Below are positions 63,236-64,000 of a DNA stretch of 64,000 nucleotides, in pieces; positions within the stretch are counted from its first letter, which is position 1, and each line of letters begins with the position of its first letter. A program made the position numbers and the translations under genes. The notes under the pieces were generated by a model. That model searched no databases, was not told the origin of the DNA, and worked only from the letters and a program-made list of their open reading frames with translations. The DNA is from an uncultured Methanosarcinaceae archaeon (lineage in GTDB: Archaea; Halobacteriota; Methanosarcinia; Methanosarcinales; Methanosarcinaceae): positions 736,001-800,000 of the forward strand of contig CAWJYV010000008.1 of assembly GCA_963847185.1 (NCBI GenBank), read 5' to 3'.

Positions 63236-63778
63236 ATGCCAGTAACAGGAGAAACCAAAGTCATTGACACTATCCTTAATAGGCGGAGTGTCCGGGAGTT
63301 TACGGACAAACCTGTCAGCAAGGAAGATATTAACATAATCCTGAACGCAGCTCACTGGGCTCCTTCCGGATTGAACAATCAGCCTTGGCGCTTCATTGTT
63401 ATCCAAAATCGGGAGACCATCGAGAAACTCTCAAAATGCACTCACTATTCAGGTATCGTAGCAGGGGCTCCCCTGCTTATTACTACTTTCCTCGACAATG
63501 AAACTTCCTACAACAGGACAAAAGACATCGAGGCAATCGGGGCTGCAATCCAGAACATGCTCCTTACCTGCTGCGAGCTGAGTCTTGGGGGAGTCTGGCT
63601 TGGAGAAATCCTGAACCAAAAAGAGAAGGTTAATTCTATTCTGGGATGTCCTTCACACCTTGAGCTGATGTCTGCTCTTGCAATAGGAGAACCTGTTCCA
63701 AAGGAAAGGACTTCAACACGCAAGGCTCTTTCTGAAATTGTATTCGATGAGATGTACGGCCAAAAATGGCGAGAATGA
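63236..63778 (+). CDS. Nitroreductase family protein
   Basis: RRSVREF and APSGLNNQPWRF motifs. Confidence 0.92.
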   Translation: MPVTGETKVIDTILNRRSVREFTDKPVSKEDINIILNAAHWAPSGLNNQPWRFIVIQNRETIEKLSKCTHYSGIVAGAPLLITTFLDNETSYNRTKDIEAIGAAIQNMLLTCCELSLGGVWLGEILNQKEKVNSILGCPSHLELMSALAIGEPVPKERTSTRKALSEIVFDEMYGQKWRE

Positions 63779-63953
63779 GCTATATTCTGGAGTTTCCAGG
63801 CCGATTTTCTTTTTAATTTGTTTTTTACTTCTCTTTGAAAATACTTTTAATCTCTTCAAGGATTAAATTTATAAGCTATTTAGAACTATAACCAGCCAGT
63901 TAACTGATTGCAGTTTAATCTGTCAGTTAACCGATCATAACTTTTTACAATGA

Positions 63954-64000
63954 AGGTCTGTAGTGTAGCGGATATCACTGGAGCCTCCGGAGCTCCGAAC
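63954..64000 (+). tRNA. tRNA-Arg (CCG), truncated by the window end
   Basis: AGGTCTG-TA-GTGTAGCGGATATCAC-T-GGAGC CT-CCG-GA GCTCC-GAAC gives a D arm and a perfect anticodon arm. Confidence 0.85.

Overview
Chromosomal window from a Methanosarcina-like methanogenic archaeon, inferred from the ACDS cdh operon, methanogenesis marker 12, TFE, aCPSF1 and a PGF-CTERM surface protein. Most of it is core housekeeping: pyk, class I aldolase, three complete tRNAs plus one truncated, cobT-like, proS, PUA-sepF-zpr1, ftsZ, psmB-aCPSF1, nmd3-tfe, cdhABC-cooC-cdhDE, prefoldin, M42 peptidase and cimA-ilvBN-ilvBN-ilvC. I found no integrase, transposase or CRISPR-Cas system. The best leads are small, unannotated elements. 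(1) A ~290-nt structured leader is followed by two unannotated CxxC..CxxC Zn-ribbon microproteins (9.95-10.6 kb). (2) A promoter-flanked hairpin RNA carries two identical C-rich anti-RBS-like motifs (18.7 kb). (3) A divergent-type H+-PPase sits beside a decayed canonical PPase remnant. (4) A 71-bp double-hairpin tandem array lies at 35.8 kb. (5) cdhA and cdhB each carry a frameshift. (6) cimA has no ATG/GTG/TTG ahead of its catalytic motif. (7) ilvBN is tandemly duplicated, with a long hairpin between the copies and near-identical 3' ends. All protein calls come from motif recognition by eye; no searches were run.
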